Positions 44,779 to 55,463 of a stretch of DNA of 64,000 nt are shown in pieces (the stretch's first letter is position 1; the number at the start of each line of letters is the position of its first letter). The notes beneath the pieces were generated by a model. The model ran no database searches and was not told the origin of the DNA. It was given only the letters and a program-made list of their open reading frames with translations. Source of the stretch: a virus (Duplodnaviria; Heunggongvirae; Uroviricota; Caudoviricetes); IMG/VR virus record IMGVR_UViG_3300037313_000650. The stretch is one strand, 5' to 3'. The position numbers were made by a program, and so were the translations under genes.

Positions 44779-45882
44779 TTAAAAGTTTGGATGTATAACA
44801 ACTCCAGTGAAGTTTACTACTACTGTTTTAGAAGTAGAGGAAGTAAATGCAGACTGAAGTTTAAGTTTTAATTTCTCAGCAGCCCTACGAACAATATATC
44901 CGTATTGCTGAACTGTTTGATCAGCAGATGCTTGCGGTGTATCTATATAGTTAACACCTTTCAAATCTTCTGAACCAGCTAATTCTGTAAGAGTAATGCA
45001 TGTTGTAGGTAATGAACCTAGTGTAATTTCAAACTCTTTATTTGAAGATTGATAGTTACCAAAACTTACTGTATATGTAGCACTACCTTTAAATTCTACA
45101 GAACCATCGAATCTATATCTATATTTAGGTTGACCAGATACAAACACTACATTAGCATTTCCTGTAGCTATAAGGGTTAAATCTTTCCAAGTACCATCAA
45201 AGCACGACCTTGCTATCTGGATAGAAGGATTGGTAGAAAGTATATATGGGTCTAAAGTAGTACCTGTACCGCTTTTATTTATACCAGTACCAGCAACAAT
45301 TTTAGTTTCAGAACCATCAGGAGCAGTATATGAAGTTTTTAACTTACCATCATCACCTAATGTAAGCTGATTACCATCATCATTTGAAATGAGAGAAGAA
45401 GGAACCACATCAAATTTCACCTTCTCATCAGCACCGGGATTTACTATAATTTTAGATAAGAAAGTACCATTGGTTAACTTTTCTGTTAGATAACCATTAG
45501 TAGTATCAGCAGATGTAGCTTTAACTTTTACATCTACAGGAACACCACCAACAGTAGAATCTATCTTAAGCTTCTTATCACAACCTGTACCTACAATACT
45601 CAATGAGATGTTTAATCCGGCCTCAACTTTATCAAGTAAGGATGCAGGACATGTATCACTATCATCGGCTTTAACCTTACCTTCATTATCTTTTAAATCC
45701 TGTACAGCAATATTTACTTTGTTTAATACAGTATCACCCTCATCATTATTTAATACACCTAATGCAGTAAGTTCAGTTCCTGTATAAGTAGTACACTTAA
45801 ACGTATTAGGATTTATACAACCACAATTGTCGTAGTTGCTTTCTGCACAAGGGTCAACATTATTACAAGTATCGCAAGACAT
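44779..45882 (-). CDS. tail fibre or receptor-binding-like protein (367 aa) with a Cys-rich N-terminus
   Basis: MSCDTCNNVDPCAESNYDNCGCINPNTFKC, then a Thr/Ser/Gly/Val-rich beta-rich composition. Position at the distal end of the structural module. Confidence 0.45.
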   Translation of the reverse strand: MSCDTCNNVDPCAESNYDNCGCINPNTFKCTTYTGTELTALGVLNNDEGDTVLNKVNIAVQDLKDNEGKVKADDSDTCPASLLDKVEAGLNISLSIVGTGCDKKLKIDSTVGGVPVDVKVKATSADTTNGYLTEKLTNGTFLSKIIVNPGADEKVKFDVVPSSLISNDDGNQLTLGDDGKLKTSYTAPDGSETKIVAGTGINKSGTGTTLDPYILSTNPSIQIARSCFDGTWKDLTLIATGNANVVFVSGQPKYRYRFDGSVEFKGSATYTVSFGNYQSSNKEFEITLGSLPTTCITLTELAGSEDLKGVNYIDTPQASADQTVQQYGYIVRRAAEKLKLKLQSAFTSSTSKTVVVNFTGVVIHPNF

Positions 45883-45907
45883 ATTTTATTATTGTTTTAT
45901 TAATTAA

Positions 45908-46468
45908 TTAGAATTCTGTATATCCAGCAGGAACACAATCAGCAGATACTACACCTTTTATATAAAATTTATGATTTTGTGTAGTGTTGTTAACTTTAAG
46001 TTCAGGTATATCAGAACCTAACACTTTAACAACAAGAAAGACATTCTTTGAATTTCTACTTGAGTTTTCTACCTTTCCAGCAGTTGCTGTAATCCTATAA
46101 TCATCAAGATTATTTATTGCTGTAGCTAAATCCTGTAATGTTAACGAATTAAAATTAGAAGGAGAAATACTTAATACATCAGTACCTAATACTATAGCTT
46201 CAATTAAATATGATAACGATGTAGTACCATTACCTATAGTTTCCCAATCAAGTAGATAACAATTTTCTGTTAATTCAGTTATGGTTAAACAAGAAGAACT
46301 AGCAATTGCATCACCTGATTCAGTTGTATAAGTTACTTCAGTAGCTGTGTCATCAATATATATGGGATCACCAATTTGTGCAGTTAAGCTATTAATATGG
46401 CTACCCAACTTATATCTTAAAGTTACAGAACCACTAGTACCAGTTATATTTACTAAACAAGATGCCAT
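45908..46468 (-). CDS. structural or fibre-associated hypothetical protein (186 aa)
   Basis: ORF; Thr/Ser-rich. Lies within the fibre gene cluster. Confidence 0.45.
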   Translation of the reverse strand: MASCLVNITGTSGSVTLRYKLGSHINSLTAQIGDPIYIDDTATEVTYTTESGDAIASSSCLTITELTENCYLLDWETIGNGTTSLSYLIEAIVLGTDVLSISPSNFNSLTLQDLATAINNLDDYRITATAGKVENSSRNSKNVFLVVKVLGSDIPELKVNNTTQNHKFYIKGVVSADCVPAGYTEF

Positions 46469-46475
46469 TTATATA

Positions 46476-47090
46476 TTAAATTGAAGATGAAGGACAAGCA
46501 GGTAAGTTTGAATATCCGCTATAGTCAGAATATGGAACAGGTTTAAAATAAGCCAATGGATAAGTAGAAGAACCAAAACCATCCTTACTTGTTTCAGCAA
46601 CTATTTCCAACTTTTCTATAACACTAGGAATAGTTTTGACTACAACGTAGTTAATACATCCATTATCTCCATCACCACCATCTGAACCTGTTACAATAGA
46701 GTCTATAAATATACCTGCTGCATCTGCTGCATCTTTTAATGGTTTACTAAGTGTATCTACTATAGTAACACTTGGGAAACTTGCAAATGCAAAACAACCT
46801 AAATCGTTTGGACGTACTAAACCATCAACTGTATAAAGAGCACCATTATATCTCCATCCTACTATTGTAAAACCTTGTGCATCCCATAAAATAGTATCTG
46901 AATTATCATGATCCCCAACTGCTATCTGAAATGCATAGCATTGTAAAGATTCTAATTCAGGAATATCACAAGTAGACTCTAATACATCTGCATTATCAGA
47001 AGCTATAAGAGTAGCACCCGGAGGTAAGGTAAATGGTTCCCCCGGTTTTAATGTTACTGATTTTACTATACTATTTGTAATTGATGACAT
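46476..47090 (-). CDS. structural or fibre-associated hypothetical protein (204 aa)
   Basis: ORF. 2-nt gap to the upstream gene. Confidence 0.45.
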   Translation of the reverse strand: MSSITNSIVKSVTLKPGEPFTLPPGATLIASDNADVLESTCDIPELESLQCYAFQIAVGDHDNSDTILWDAQGFTIVGWRYNGALYTVDGLVRPNDLGCFAFASFPSVTIVDTLSKPLKDAADAAGIFIDSIVTGSDGGDGDNGCINYVVVKTIPSVIEKLEIVAETSKDGFGSSTYPLAYFKPVPYSDYSGYSNLPACPSSSI

Positions 47091-47091
47091 T

Positions 47092-48291
47092 TTAATTTAT
47101 TTTATATACAATCTTAACATCTTCTGTACCAGCATTTGTAATTACACAACACTTAGAACCAGATACTTTAATTGTTTTATTTAAGCACTTTTCACAAGTA
47201 AGTGAGTCTGTACCAAGTTTAGTAGAGATATTAATAGTTAGATCACCAGATTTAGTAAGTGATGGTATTAACACTTCAGTTTCACCATTATTAGATATAG
47301 CAAGTGTAAAGGTTTCAACATTACCTTCTGTATCTTTAATAGTACCTGTACTACCTTTATCTGTAAATGCAGCAGGAATTGAAGTTCCAGCACCAGAAGT
47401 AAACTTGATGATTATACCATCTGCATCTTCATTCATATAAGCAGTGAATCCAAGTTTAACATCATCACATGTTACAGCACAACAGTTTTCTTCCATGAAT
47501 TTTATTCTGGCTTCATGATTAGCTATAACAAGTAGAGCATTATTTAATGCTTCTGCTAATGTAGCAACTGTTAAATCCCAACCTGTAAGTAAACCAAATT
47601 TAGTATTCCAATCAGAAGGGATTTTGGATAATGCTGTAGCTATATCAAAAGGACTACCTGTAGCTGCCTGTAAATCACAATGAGCTTGTGCCACAGCCTT
47701 TACCTGAGAAGATGTAGGTTTAACTCCAGCATCTACACAAGTAGCAAAAGTTAATTCTTCAACAGTTTTTGTATTATCAAAATTATCAATTAAGCTACGA
47801 AGAGTAACTACAGTACCTTCCAGACTTTCAATTCTTTGTTTATGATTACAAAGATTATCTATAATTAATTGATCTAGTTGTTCTCTTGTAACACCTAAGC
47901 TATTACCGATATTATCAAATTGCTCGTAACACTTTAGGTTTATATTAATTTTAGAATCCTTTTGCAATTCAGCAATTGCAGAAGATAAAGTATCAATATA
48001 ATCTTTTAAACAAACTTGATTATCTCTAACTAAACTTAGGATGGAAGTAAGTGTAACTTCAGTAGGAGCTTTTGCTTTACATATATCTAATAAAATATCT
48101 ATATCAAATTTAGATAAGTCTTCTCCAGCTATATCCTGTAACTTACCTACAACTTCCCAAATTAAAGTATTTAAGGAATCACCATTACATATACCCAAAT
48201 ACTCTATATCTCCACCATTCCACTCAACACATGAGCTAGGTGTAGGTATACAATTTGGAACTGGATTACATTTTACTTCTCTCATTTGCAA
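47092..48291 (-). CDS. tail fibre-like protein (399 aa) with a Cys-rich N-terminus
   Basis: MQMREVKCNPVPNCIPTPSSCVEWNGG...ICNG. N-terminal Cys pattern similar to the 367-aa protein. Central helical region and a C-terminal beta-rich region. Confidence 0.45.
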   Translation of the reverse strand: MQMREVKCNPVPNCIPTPSSCVEWNGGDIEYLGICNGDSLNTLIWEVVGKLQDIAGEDLSKFDIDILLDICKAKAPTEVTLTSILSLVRDNQVCLKDYIDTLSSAIAELQKDSKININLKCYEQFDNIGNSLGVTREQLDQLIIDNLCNHKQRIESLEGTVVTLRSLIDNFDNTKTVEELTFATCVDAGVKPTSSQVKAVAQAHCDLQAATGSPFDIATALSKIPSDWNTKFGLLTGWDLTVATLAEALNNALLVIANHEARIKFMEENCCAVTCDDVKLGFTAYMNEDADGIIIKFTSGAGTSIPAAFTDKGSTGTIKDTEGNVETFTLAISNNGETEVLIPSLTKSGDLTINISTKLGTDSLTCEKCLNKTIKVSGSKCCVITNAGTEDVKIVYKIN

Positions 48292-48438
48292 TCTTTTAAC
48301 TTAATTTGAAATATTAAGTCTTGTAATTTTTGTTTTGAGGAATACGATTCGTACTTCTTAGAGAAACAGGTCTGAATAAGATATTTATCTGAAAGTAATT
48401 GTTCATACTTCAGATCAGCAAATTTCTCCTTCAATTGA

Positions 48439-48987
48439 TTAACACTGACACTCATTGGTATATTGTTCTAGGAGTTTTTCTGCCCATTTATAAAGTTCAA
48501 TACCCTCTTTCTTTTCAAGCTTTTCTTCAACTTTATACTTGGCAGCATCAGCAAATTCTTCTATTTCTCTTAACTTATCTCTATTCTCTATATATTCTTC
48601 TCTGGAAAGATTACATTTATTAGAAAATAATATATCTCTTTGTTCTTTGAGTTTATTCAGTAAATGCGTATTTCTTAGATGATACACATGTTTTACTGTA
48701 AAAAGGTTCGGTTTAAATGATTGCTTTATTTCATATATTCCATCTGGAAGCTCTATCAAATCATTAGTATCACTTACTTTATGATATCGTAGATTAGATG
48801 AATTTAATGCTAAAGAGAATCCTTTTTGAACAAAAAATGTAACCCAAGTACTTTTATTTGCAGGTAGGACTTCAACTAAATAGTTTTGTATAGTTTCAGT
48901 GCTACAATACTCAGAAGTATCGTATATCCTTAAAACTTTTTCGTTTGAACTATTAGAATAATCTATAGATAATTTAGTACTTACCAC
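48439..48987 (-). CDS. hypothetical protein (182 aa)
   Basis: ORF. C-terminal charged helical segment. Confidence 0.45.
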   Translation of the reverse strand: MVSTKLSIDYSNSSNEKVLRIYDTSEYCSTETIQNYLVEVLPANKSTWVTFFVQKGFSLALNSSNLRYHKVSDTNDLIELPDGIYEIKQSFKPNLFTVKHVYHLRNTHLLNKLKEQRDILFSNKCNLSREEYIENRDKLREIEEFADAAKYKVEEKLEKKEGIELYKWAEKLLEQYTNECQC

Positions 48988-49030
48988 AATATATAATACT
49001 TAAAATATATGAGAAATACAAATAATTGTT

Positions 49031-49070
49031 TAAATTAAAAAGCGGCAGACATTATTCTGCCTACCGCTTT
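49031..49070 (-). terminator. intrinsic terminator after the 487-aa structural gene
   Basis: Minus strand reads AAAGCGGTAGGCAGAATAATGTCTGCCGCTTT followed by TTAATTTA. It is a bulged hairpin. Confidence 0.45.
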
Positions 49071-49093
49071 AAGGTTATTTTCATTAACTAGGA

Positions 49094-50557
49094 TTAGCTA
49101 TTTGTGTGAATAGTCAAACCTGATTTAGCTTCTACTACATCAATGATGTTAGTTTCAAATGCTGTAATAGTTGCAGTATCTGTACTCTTTATTGCAAACA
49201 CTGCTGTAAATTTCTCACCAACATTACTTTTTCTGAAATTACGCTTGTAAGAAGCAGTGAAAGTTATATAATACAGTTTGTAGTAAGCATTTCTATCTAC
49301 TTGACCTAACAATTGCATATCAAATGCTTCTCTCATTCTTGGTTCCAAAGAGAATTGTTTGATGTGATTAAGGTAAGCATCAGTTTTCATGATAGACTCA
49401 CGAACTACCCACTCACCAGATTGACGAGCAATTCTACCAACTTTGGTCTGTAATACAGAAGGCCATTGAGCAGCATCACATCTGTCACCATCTTCCTGAA
49501 GAAGAGATACTTCCATTTTAACAGGTTCACTGTTATAGTAGTCAGTAGGTTGGAAAGAGCAATCTCCAAATTTCTTATCTACGTAACCAGCAGTTACTCT
49601 AATACCTACTTTTCTATCAGCTACAGGAGTAGCAGCAGCTACATCAGCAGGGTCAGTTTCTGAAACAAATACCCAAGCTACATTTTCAATAGCAGGTAAT
49701 TGAGCATATTGGAAGGTAACATTATTAGATAATGCAGCAGCAGTAGCTGGAATTTCATAAGATTCTTGCTCAACAGTGTAATCATCAGTTTGACCATCTG
49801 TAGTAGTACCAGCACCAACTACCTTAGCCAAGCTAGAAATATCAACACCATCTACAGCACCAATCCAATCTGCAAATTCTGCAAGTCTGTCAGAACCATC
49901 AGCATTCCTATTCAGGGTGATTCTCATAGTTCTTGTAGCAGTTACAGTACCGCTACCTTCATCAGTTGCAGCAGCAAATGTAAGATATGCCTGTACACCA
50001 AATTTTCTAAGCTCAGTGTGATTATTGATTTTATCAACCAATTTTTTAGCTTCTACAATTGGATCAGAAATTGCATCTGAACAATCACCACTTTCACAAG
50101 GAGTAGTGCAATCTTCAGTAGGAGTGTGAGAAACTACATACTCTTTAGGACCATTGAAGAATCTATAAGTAGGTTCACCATGAAAGTAGAACTTAACTCT
50201 AGTAGCTTCACCTTTTTCAAACTTCAATCCTTTACAAGTAGGAGAACCATTGTATCCAAGAATCCACTCTTCATTTTGAATAGTTACAGGATCAGAAGTA
50301 TAGATAGCTTCTACATCTGTACCCATGAAGAAAGGAGATTTATGGCTAGATGCTACTGGTAAACCATACCAATCTTTTCCACCAATTTGACCTTGTGCAA
50401 AATAGAACTCCACACCGCTACCGCCAGAAGTGGCAACAGAGAAGTTTTGTCTGTCAAAAATACCAACTTTAGCTGCCGCTAAGTCAGCAGAATGACCTGA
50501 AGTAGCTACACCGTTATTAACTACGTAAAACGGAACATGATAGCTGTTGTTTTCCAT
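49094..50557 (-). CDS. abundant structural protein (487 aa), a candidate major capsid protein
   Basis: Ala/Gly/Thr/Val-rich composition. Followed by its own terminator hairpin. Located in the head module. The fold was not verifiable by eye. Confidence 0.4.
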   Translation of the reverse strand: MENNSYHVPFYVVNNGVATSGHSADLAAAKVGIFDRQNFSVATSGGSGVEFYFAQGQIGGKDWYGLPVASSHKSPFFMGTDVEAIYTSDPVTIQNEEWILGYNGSPTCKGLKFEKGEATRVKFYFHGEPTYRFFNGPKEYVVSHTPTEDCTTPCESGDCSDAISDPIVEAKKLVDKINNHTELRKFGVQAYLTFAAATDEGSGTVTATRTMRITLNRNADGSDRLAEFADWIGAVDGVDISSLAKVVGAGTTTDGQTDDYTVEQESYEIPATAAALSNNVTFQYAQLPAIENVAWVFVSETDPADVAAATPVADRKVGIRVTAGYVDKKFGDCSFQPTDYYNSEPVKMEVSLLQEDGDRCDAAQWPSVLQTKVGRIARQSGEWVVRESIMKTDAYLNHIKQFSLEPRMREAFDMQLLGQVDRNAYYKLYYITFTASYKRNFRKSNVGEKFTAVFAIKSTDTATITAFETNIIDVVEAKSGLTIHTNS

Positions 50558-50587
50558 ACAAATGTTTATTTGTTTTTGTTATAAATA

Positions 50588-51256
50588 TTAATTATTGTAT
50601 TCTCCTCTTTCCTGAGATATACCTTTCTGATTTAAGGATTCAATATCTGAAGCTAATATCTTACAAGCTTCATCTATTAATAGTTCACATACACTGTCAT
50701 TAAACTCTATCTCATCATCTAACTTCTTAAAATCATATACTTTTGGTTTTCTGTAGTAAGTAAGCTCTGCTTTATTCACTTTAAAATCACCAAAATGATA
50801 TATATGAACTCTATTACCTATAAGAGTATGAAATGTTTCTTCAAAGTCAAAAGAAGGAACTGATCTTAGTTCATCTACGTTGGCTTCCTCTCCCAACTTT
50901 GATTTCATTCTTATATTCAAACAATTACCTTTACTTACTACAGGTGTTAATCTTTTGAAGTATAGATAATCACTTGGTAATTTTCCAGATTCTGCATAGA
51001 AATCCCTATCTCTTACAGTTAAACTATCCTTTTTTAAAAGAACTTGTAAATCATCTACTCTTGTATCAGTCTCTTCATCACCTTCCTGAGTCTGATTTTT
51101 ACCTCTTTTTAACCTTCTAACAAGATCAGTTACAGCTTTGTTGAAAGCATTTTTCTTGTGGTGAGGCCAAATTGAATCAAAGTCAGCACTTGCTCCTTTG
51201 TTCAACCTCAAATCCATACTAGCTGATGCTTGTCTTACTGTCATTACGATTTCCAT
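50588..51256 (-). CDS. hypothetical structural-module protein (222 aa)
   Basis: ORF. Overlaps the upstream gene by 13 nt. Confidence 0.45.
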   Translation of the reverse strand: MEIVMTVRQASASMDLRLNKGASADFDSIWPHHKKNAFNKAVTDLVRRLKRGKNQTQEGDEETDTRVDDLQVLLKKDSLTVRDRDFYAESGKLPSDYLYFKRLTPVVSKGNCLNIRMKSKLGEEANVDELRSVPSFDFEETFHTLIGNRVHIYHFGDFKVNKAELTYYRKPKVYDFKKLDDEIEFNDSVCELLIDEACKILASDIESLNQKGISQERGEYNN

Positions 51257-52233
51257 TTTTCTTCAACCGAGTCTCTCAATTTCTCTAAATCATGAGTAAA
51301 CTTAGGTTGACTTAATTTTGCTACAGCATCTTCGATAGTATTACCTAATACAGTACCGTCTGCTGTTGTATATTTTTTCTCTCTTTTTACAATGAAAGAG
51401 TAATAGTCACCTGCCTTAACATATGCCTCTGTATACAAACTAGGTCTTGTTTGTTGACCTTTCCATTTCTCTGCATACTCCAAGAACCTCTTTGGCATAT
51501 TTCTCTTCTTCTGAGTTACTAGCTTACCATTAATATAATTAATATGGTAAGTAACTAAATCTTTAGGAGAAACTGATTTGGTATAAGCACCAAAACCATT
51601 TGTGTCATACTGTAAACACCATGCTAGGATAAACAATGATTCAGGTTGTTCCTCTTTCAGATAGTGAAGCATTGCGTGAGCAGCACTTCTAGTAAGTTCT
51701 ATATCATCTGAACTATCATCTACATCTGTTTCCAGAGCCAGATAATGAGGGATTTGGTTCCTTTCAGCATACTCTTTAGTAGGAGCTACTGTATCTATAA
51801 ATGCACCCCCAATTATACTTAAGTATAATAAAGCATGTGAAACTTTTTCTGTATCAAAGAACAATGCTTCTGTTTCATTTGTTAACAACAAGCTATACAC
51901 TTGTTTGTTCTCCTTCCAGAAGTACCTATTTGAATCATCTAGTACTTCTTTACCACCATATGCTTTTACTAAAACAGGATATAATTCCTTTATAGCTTTT
52001 TTAACAACTTTCTTTTCTTCTTCGTTATACCAATGGTATAAGTCAACTTTATCAACATCTAATCCTGTAGTAAACCTTAATCTAGGATTTCCTGCACCAT
52101 CTACACCTACTTTAATTACTTGTCTTTCTGTAGTTCTTCTAAATGGTTCTGCTGTACCTGAATATCTTACTGTAAGATCACCTTCTTTTTCAGCCTTAGG
52201 AGGCGTGTTTTTGATTTGAAATCTAATTGACAT
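51244..52233 (-). CDS. hypothetical structural-module protein (329 aa)
   Basis: ORF downstream of a structured GC-rich spacer. Confidence 0.45.
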   Translation of the reverse strand: MSIRFQIKNTPPKAEKEGDLTVRYSGTAEPFRRTTERQVIKVGVDGAGNPRLRFTTGLDVDKVDLYHWYNEEEKKVVKKAIKELYPVLVKAYGGKEVLDDSNRYFWKENKQVYSLLLTNETEALFFDTEKVSHALLYLSIIGGAFIDTVAPTKEYAERNQIPHYLALETDVDDSSDDIELTRSAAHAMLHYLKEEQPESLFILAWCLQYDTNGFGAYTKSVSPKDLVTYHINYINGKLVTQKKRNMPKRFLEYAEKWKGQQTRPSLYTEAYVKAGDYYSFIVKREKKYTTADGTVLGNTIEDAVAKLSQPKFTHDLEKLRDSVEEKWKS

Positions 52234-52280
52234 TGTTTTGTTGGTTTAAATATTATATTTTTGTAAGATTGGTTGGTTAT

Positions 52281-52385
52281 CCAGCACTACCATCGTGGAG
52301 GTTCTTACTTAGTGCCAAGGAAGCCCTACGGAGACTTCCTATTATTTACAGGGCTGATGTGATTAGCACATCTTACCACCCTTTT
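52281..52385 (-). ncRNA. GC-rich structured intergenic element (three stem-loops) between two head genes
   Basis: GGCACTA...TAGTGCC (7-bp stem), GGAAG-TCTCCGTAGGG-CTTCC, and GATGTG-CTAAT-CACATC. About 45% GC against a 30% background. No following U-run, so not a classic terminator. Confidence 0.3.
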
Positions 52386-52418
52386 TCTTCTTTTTACTCA
52401 TATTATATAATTTGAAGA

Positions 52419-54113
52419 TTATAGAGCAGCAATACCTGTTCTTGGGTTCTTTGGAACCAACTTCAGCAGCTTAGTTGGGTCTTTTACAATTGCTGTATCA
52501 GCCTTACCTTTAAATTTAACTTGATAACCACTCAACTCATCAGAAGCAGCATGAACCTGAATATTCTGACCATTGATATTAGCACCACTTCTCAACAGAG
52601 GGTGAGTTTCTTCACCAGCTTCAACAACCATTTTCAGTTTGTTGCTAGTCTTTCTTAAGATAGCTAAGTTGTCTCTAGAAGTGTTGTAATCTTCAATCAA
52701 CATAGTATAAGAAGACAATCTGTAACCAGAAGCTAATATAGGGTTTACAAATTCATCAGCTTTTACAGGGTCAAATCCGGGTTCCCATTCTACTCTCAGA
52801 ATACCAATGTTAGGAATCTGATAGTCAATGAATCTTGGTGCTCTGTAAGACAGATTGTTAGCATCACCAGTAATGAAACCGTGATCTTTGTTCTGTAATT
52901 GAGCAGGGATTTGGAATCCTTTCTTAATGAATTCTTTATAGATTAACTCTTGACCACCTCTACCAGTTTTAACTACGTATATATTAGTAGAGATACTTTC
53001 TCTTAATTCTACTTTACCAAATTCAAAATCTTTGATAGCATCAGTGATAGTATCAAGACCGAACAGATCAATTGAATAAGTGTGTTTGTAACCAGCAAGG
53101 TCTAATTGGAACCATACACCGGGAACAAGCCTTGTTGTATCATAACCATCTCTAAGGATATTGATTTGGTCAGACCATACCATCAGGTCATTGTTTTGCT
53201 TTTGCAGCATGTTAATAGCAATGCTATCTAACAGGTTTACAAATGCAGCTTCACCTTGACCACTTGCTTTAGCTTCCTTCAGTTTCTCAAAGTACATCTT
53301 GTACTGCTCAGGATTCTTAGTGAAGTCTAATACCTTATTATCAGCAATACCTCTTACTTGATAGAACTGCAAACAAGCTTGCTCCATTTCAGCAATCTTA
53401 GATTTGTCAAATCTTGTATTAGTATTCAGATATTCTACTGCACCTGTAGTTACTCTATAAGACTGTTGCAATCTTGCATTAGAGATATAGTTCTTATATT
53501 TAATAAGAGAAGGTACACCAGAAACAGACCATACAGACTTATTAGAACCGAAGTCTAAACCACCGATATCAGCAATCTTAATGATTTGTCTTTGAGTTTG
53601 GAATTCAGCTTGGGTAACATAAGGAACCTGAGGATTCACGTTCAGAGTAGCCCAAAGCTTAAAGTGTTCACCCATTTGCTCAACCTCTCTATCAGCTACA
53701 GTAAAAGAGATACGAGAAGTAAGGTCAAACTTGAAGATTGAACCCGGACCTAAATCTCTACGGGTAACTACAAATGGAATCTCTTCACCATCTCTACCTT
53801 GTTTATCTGTACCAAGACCACCGCTTACTAAACGAGTAGTAGCATCAGCAGCAGAAGGAAGTTCAAATGTGTAGAAATCAGCATCAGTATAGATTACCTG
53901 TGCATTATCTATTGCCATAGTTAGCATAGGTGAATCAATCCTTTGTTTTAATGCCCATAAATCCAGAACACCAAATTCCAAAGGTGTTTCAGGAGCCATT
54001 GCAGTCACATAGGGGATATCAACGTGATTCTTGATACCAAGCGACTTGCTTTGTCCGATAAATATACCGGGGTGGCCTAATGTCCCTAACCCCGAAGTTG
54101 ATGTTTGTATCAT
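52419..54113 (-). CDS. head protein (564 aa) next to the scaffold-like gene. Alternative major-capsid candidate.
   Basis: Gene order portal, then acidic protein, then this ORF mirrors the T7-like portal-scaffold-capsid order. No motif verifiable. Confidence 0.4.
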   Translation of the reverse strand: MIQTSTSGLGTLGHPGIFIGQSKSLGIKNHVDIPYVTAMAPETPLEFGVLDLWALKQRIDSPMLTMAIDNAQVIYTDADFYTFELPSAADATTRLVSGGLGTDKQGRDGEEIPFVVTRRDLGPGSIFKFDLTSRISFTVADREVEQMGEHFKLWATLNVNPQVPYVTQAEFQTQRQIIKIADIGGLDFGSNKSVWSVSGVPSLIKYKNYISNARLQQSYRVTTGAVEYLNTNTRFDKSKIAEMEQACLQFYQVRGIADNKVLDFTKNPEQYKMYFEKLKEAKASGQGEAAFVNLLDSIAINMLQKQNNDLMVWSDQINILRDGYDTTRLVPGVWFQLDLAGYKHTYSIDLFGLDTITDAIKDFEFGKVELRESISTNIYVVKTGRGGQELIYKEFIKKGFQIPAQLQNKDHGFITGDANNLSYRAPRFIDYQIPNIGILRVEWEPGFDPVKADEFVNPILASGYRLSSYTMLIEDYNTSRDNLAILRKTSNKLKMVVEAGEETHPLLRSGANINGQNIQVHAASDELSGYQVKFKGKADTAIVKDPTKLLKLVPKNPRTGIAAL

Positions 54114-54141
54114 ATTTAGTTATTAAGATTTTAATAGTTTG

Positions 54142-55350
54142 TTATCTTCCAAAGCCCTTAAACTGACTTCTTCTAACTACAGGTCTATTTTGTTCTACAG
54201 TACTACCATCATTTCCAGTAGCACCTCTAGCTTCTGTAGCTGCTCTTAGTTTTCTTTCTAATCCTGTAGCTGTTTTTTGTGCAGCACTGGCAGAAATATA
54301 ATTTGTAAGGGAATCTTCATTTGCAAGTAGTAAGGCTATTTTACGTAGCTTCTCAAAGTTTTTACTTTCGAATAATTTATCTATTTCAGTATAGATTCCA
54401 TATCCACCACTTTCAGGGTCTGGTGCTCCTATAAGATCATATACAGCAGCCTTTTCTTCTTTCTTTAAGGTTTGTTTACCGAAGATTGGAGATTCTATAA
54501 CTTTAACAGCACCATTATGGATTTCTTCTACTTGCCTTTGGTAATTTTGTTGCTCTAACAATTTTTGTTGCTGCAATCTTCCAAGCCTTTGTTGTTCTGC
54601 CTGAATCATTGCGGGTTTTAATTCCTTTGCAGCATCTAGAAGTTTATCAGTAGTTTTTAGAGCTTCAATTTGTGTATCAATAAGTGCTTTAGATTGACCA
54701 GTGGATTCTAAATTCATCCTAACAATAGCCTCAGCACCCTCAATTTCATCTTCCTTTATATTTGCAACAGATTGTATATTTTGTACACCTTGCAGGAATG
54801 GAATCATTTCAGCAGGGTTATCAACTAATTCAGCATATTGTAAAGTAGCTTTCCATGCTGGAGATTGTGAATTATATACTTGCTCTTTAAGTTGTTGTCT
54901 TTCTTGCTCAAGTTTATAATTTACCTGAATATCAATTACTTCATCGAAGTCTTCAGGTGTTTGGGGAATAAATTGAACTGGTTTTCCATCTTCACCATCT
55001 TGTTCAATTGCTACAAATTTTCCTGATTTAATCCTATCTTGAAAATATCCAGATATATCTGAAAAATCATACTTAGGCTTTCTTCCCGGTTTACCTTTAT
55101 CTGCATCATCTCCTTCATCTAAAATTGGAGTTTCTTCTACCTTCTCCTCTACTTTTTCTACTTCTCCAGTTGGTATATTTTCTACCTTTTCTTCTACTTT
55201 CTCTACAGGATTACCAAATAGATCAAGTTCCTGTGTTTCCATTCCAGTAAAGCCTGTTTTAGGTATAATTACTTCTTCTGGTTTTGTCATTTCACCTTCT
55301 GAGCCAAAAATATCAACGAATGTTGATTCGCTTAATGAATTGATTGCCAT
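54142..55350 (-). CDS. acidic repeat-containing protein (402 aa), scaffold-like
   Basis: EKVEEKVENIPTGEVEKVEEKVEET tandem peptide repeats (DNA repeats at about 55135..55215), coiled-coil and acidic character. Located between the portal and a head protein. Confidence 0.4.
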   Translation of the reverse strand: MAINSLSESTFVDIFGSEGEMTKPEEVIIPKTGFTGMETQELDLFGNPVEKVEEKVENIPTGEVEKVEEKVEETPILDEGDDADKGKPGRKPKYDFSDISGYFQDRIKSGKFVAIEQDGEDGKPVQFIPQTPEDFDEVIDIQVNYKLEQERQQLKEQVYNSQSPAWKATLQYAELVDNPAEMIPFLQGVQNIQSVANIKEDEIEGAEAIVRMNLESTGQSKALIDTQIEALKTTDKLLDAAKELKPAMIQAEQQRLGRLQQQKLLEQQNYQRQVEEIHNGAVKVIESPIFGKQTLKKEEKAAVYDLIGAPDPESGGYGIYTEIDKLFESKNFEKLRKIALLLANEDSLTNYISASAAQKTATGLERKLRAATEARGATGNDGSTVEQNRPVVRRSQFKGFGR

Positions 55351-55463
55351 CTTTGTTGGTTTTTATCAGTTGTATAATTTGATTATAAATATTTTAAATT
55401 AATTTACCAAATAAAAGATAGTAGAACTATTTAGAATATGACAGTATACACTAAATATGCACA

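Noticed and set aside
44779-48291. Diversity-generating retroelement targeting the fibre genes
   Set aside because: No reverse transcriptase gene and no template/variable repeat pair of adenine-mutated near-identical DNA repeats detectable by eye in or near the fibre genes in this window.
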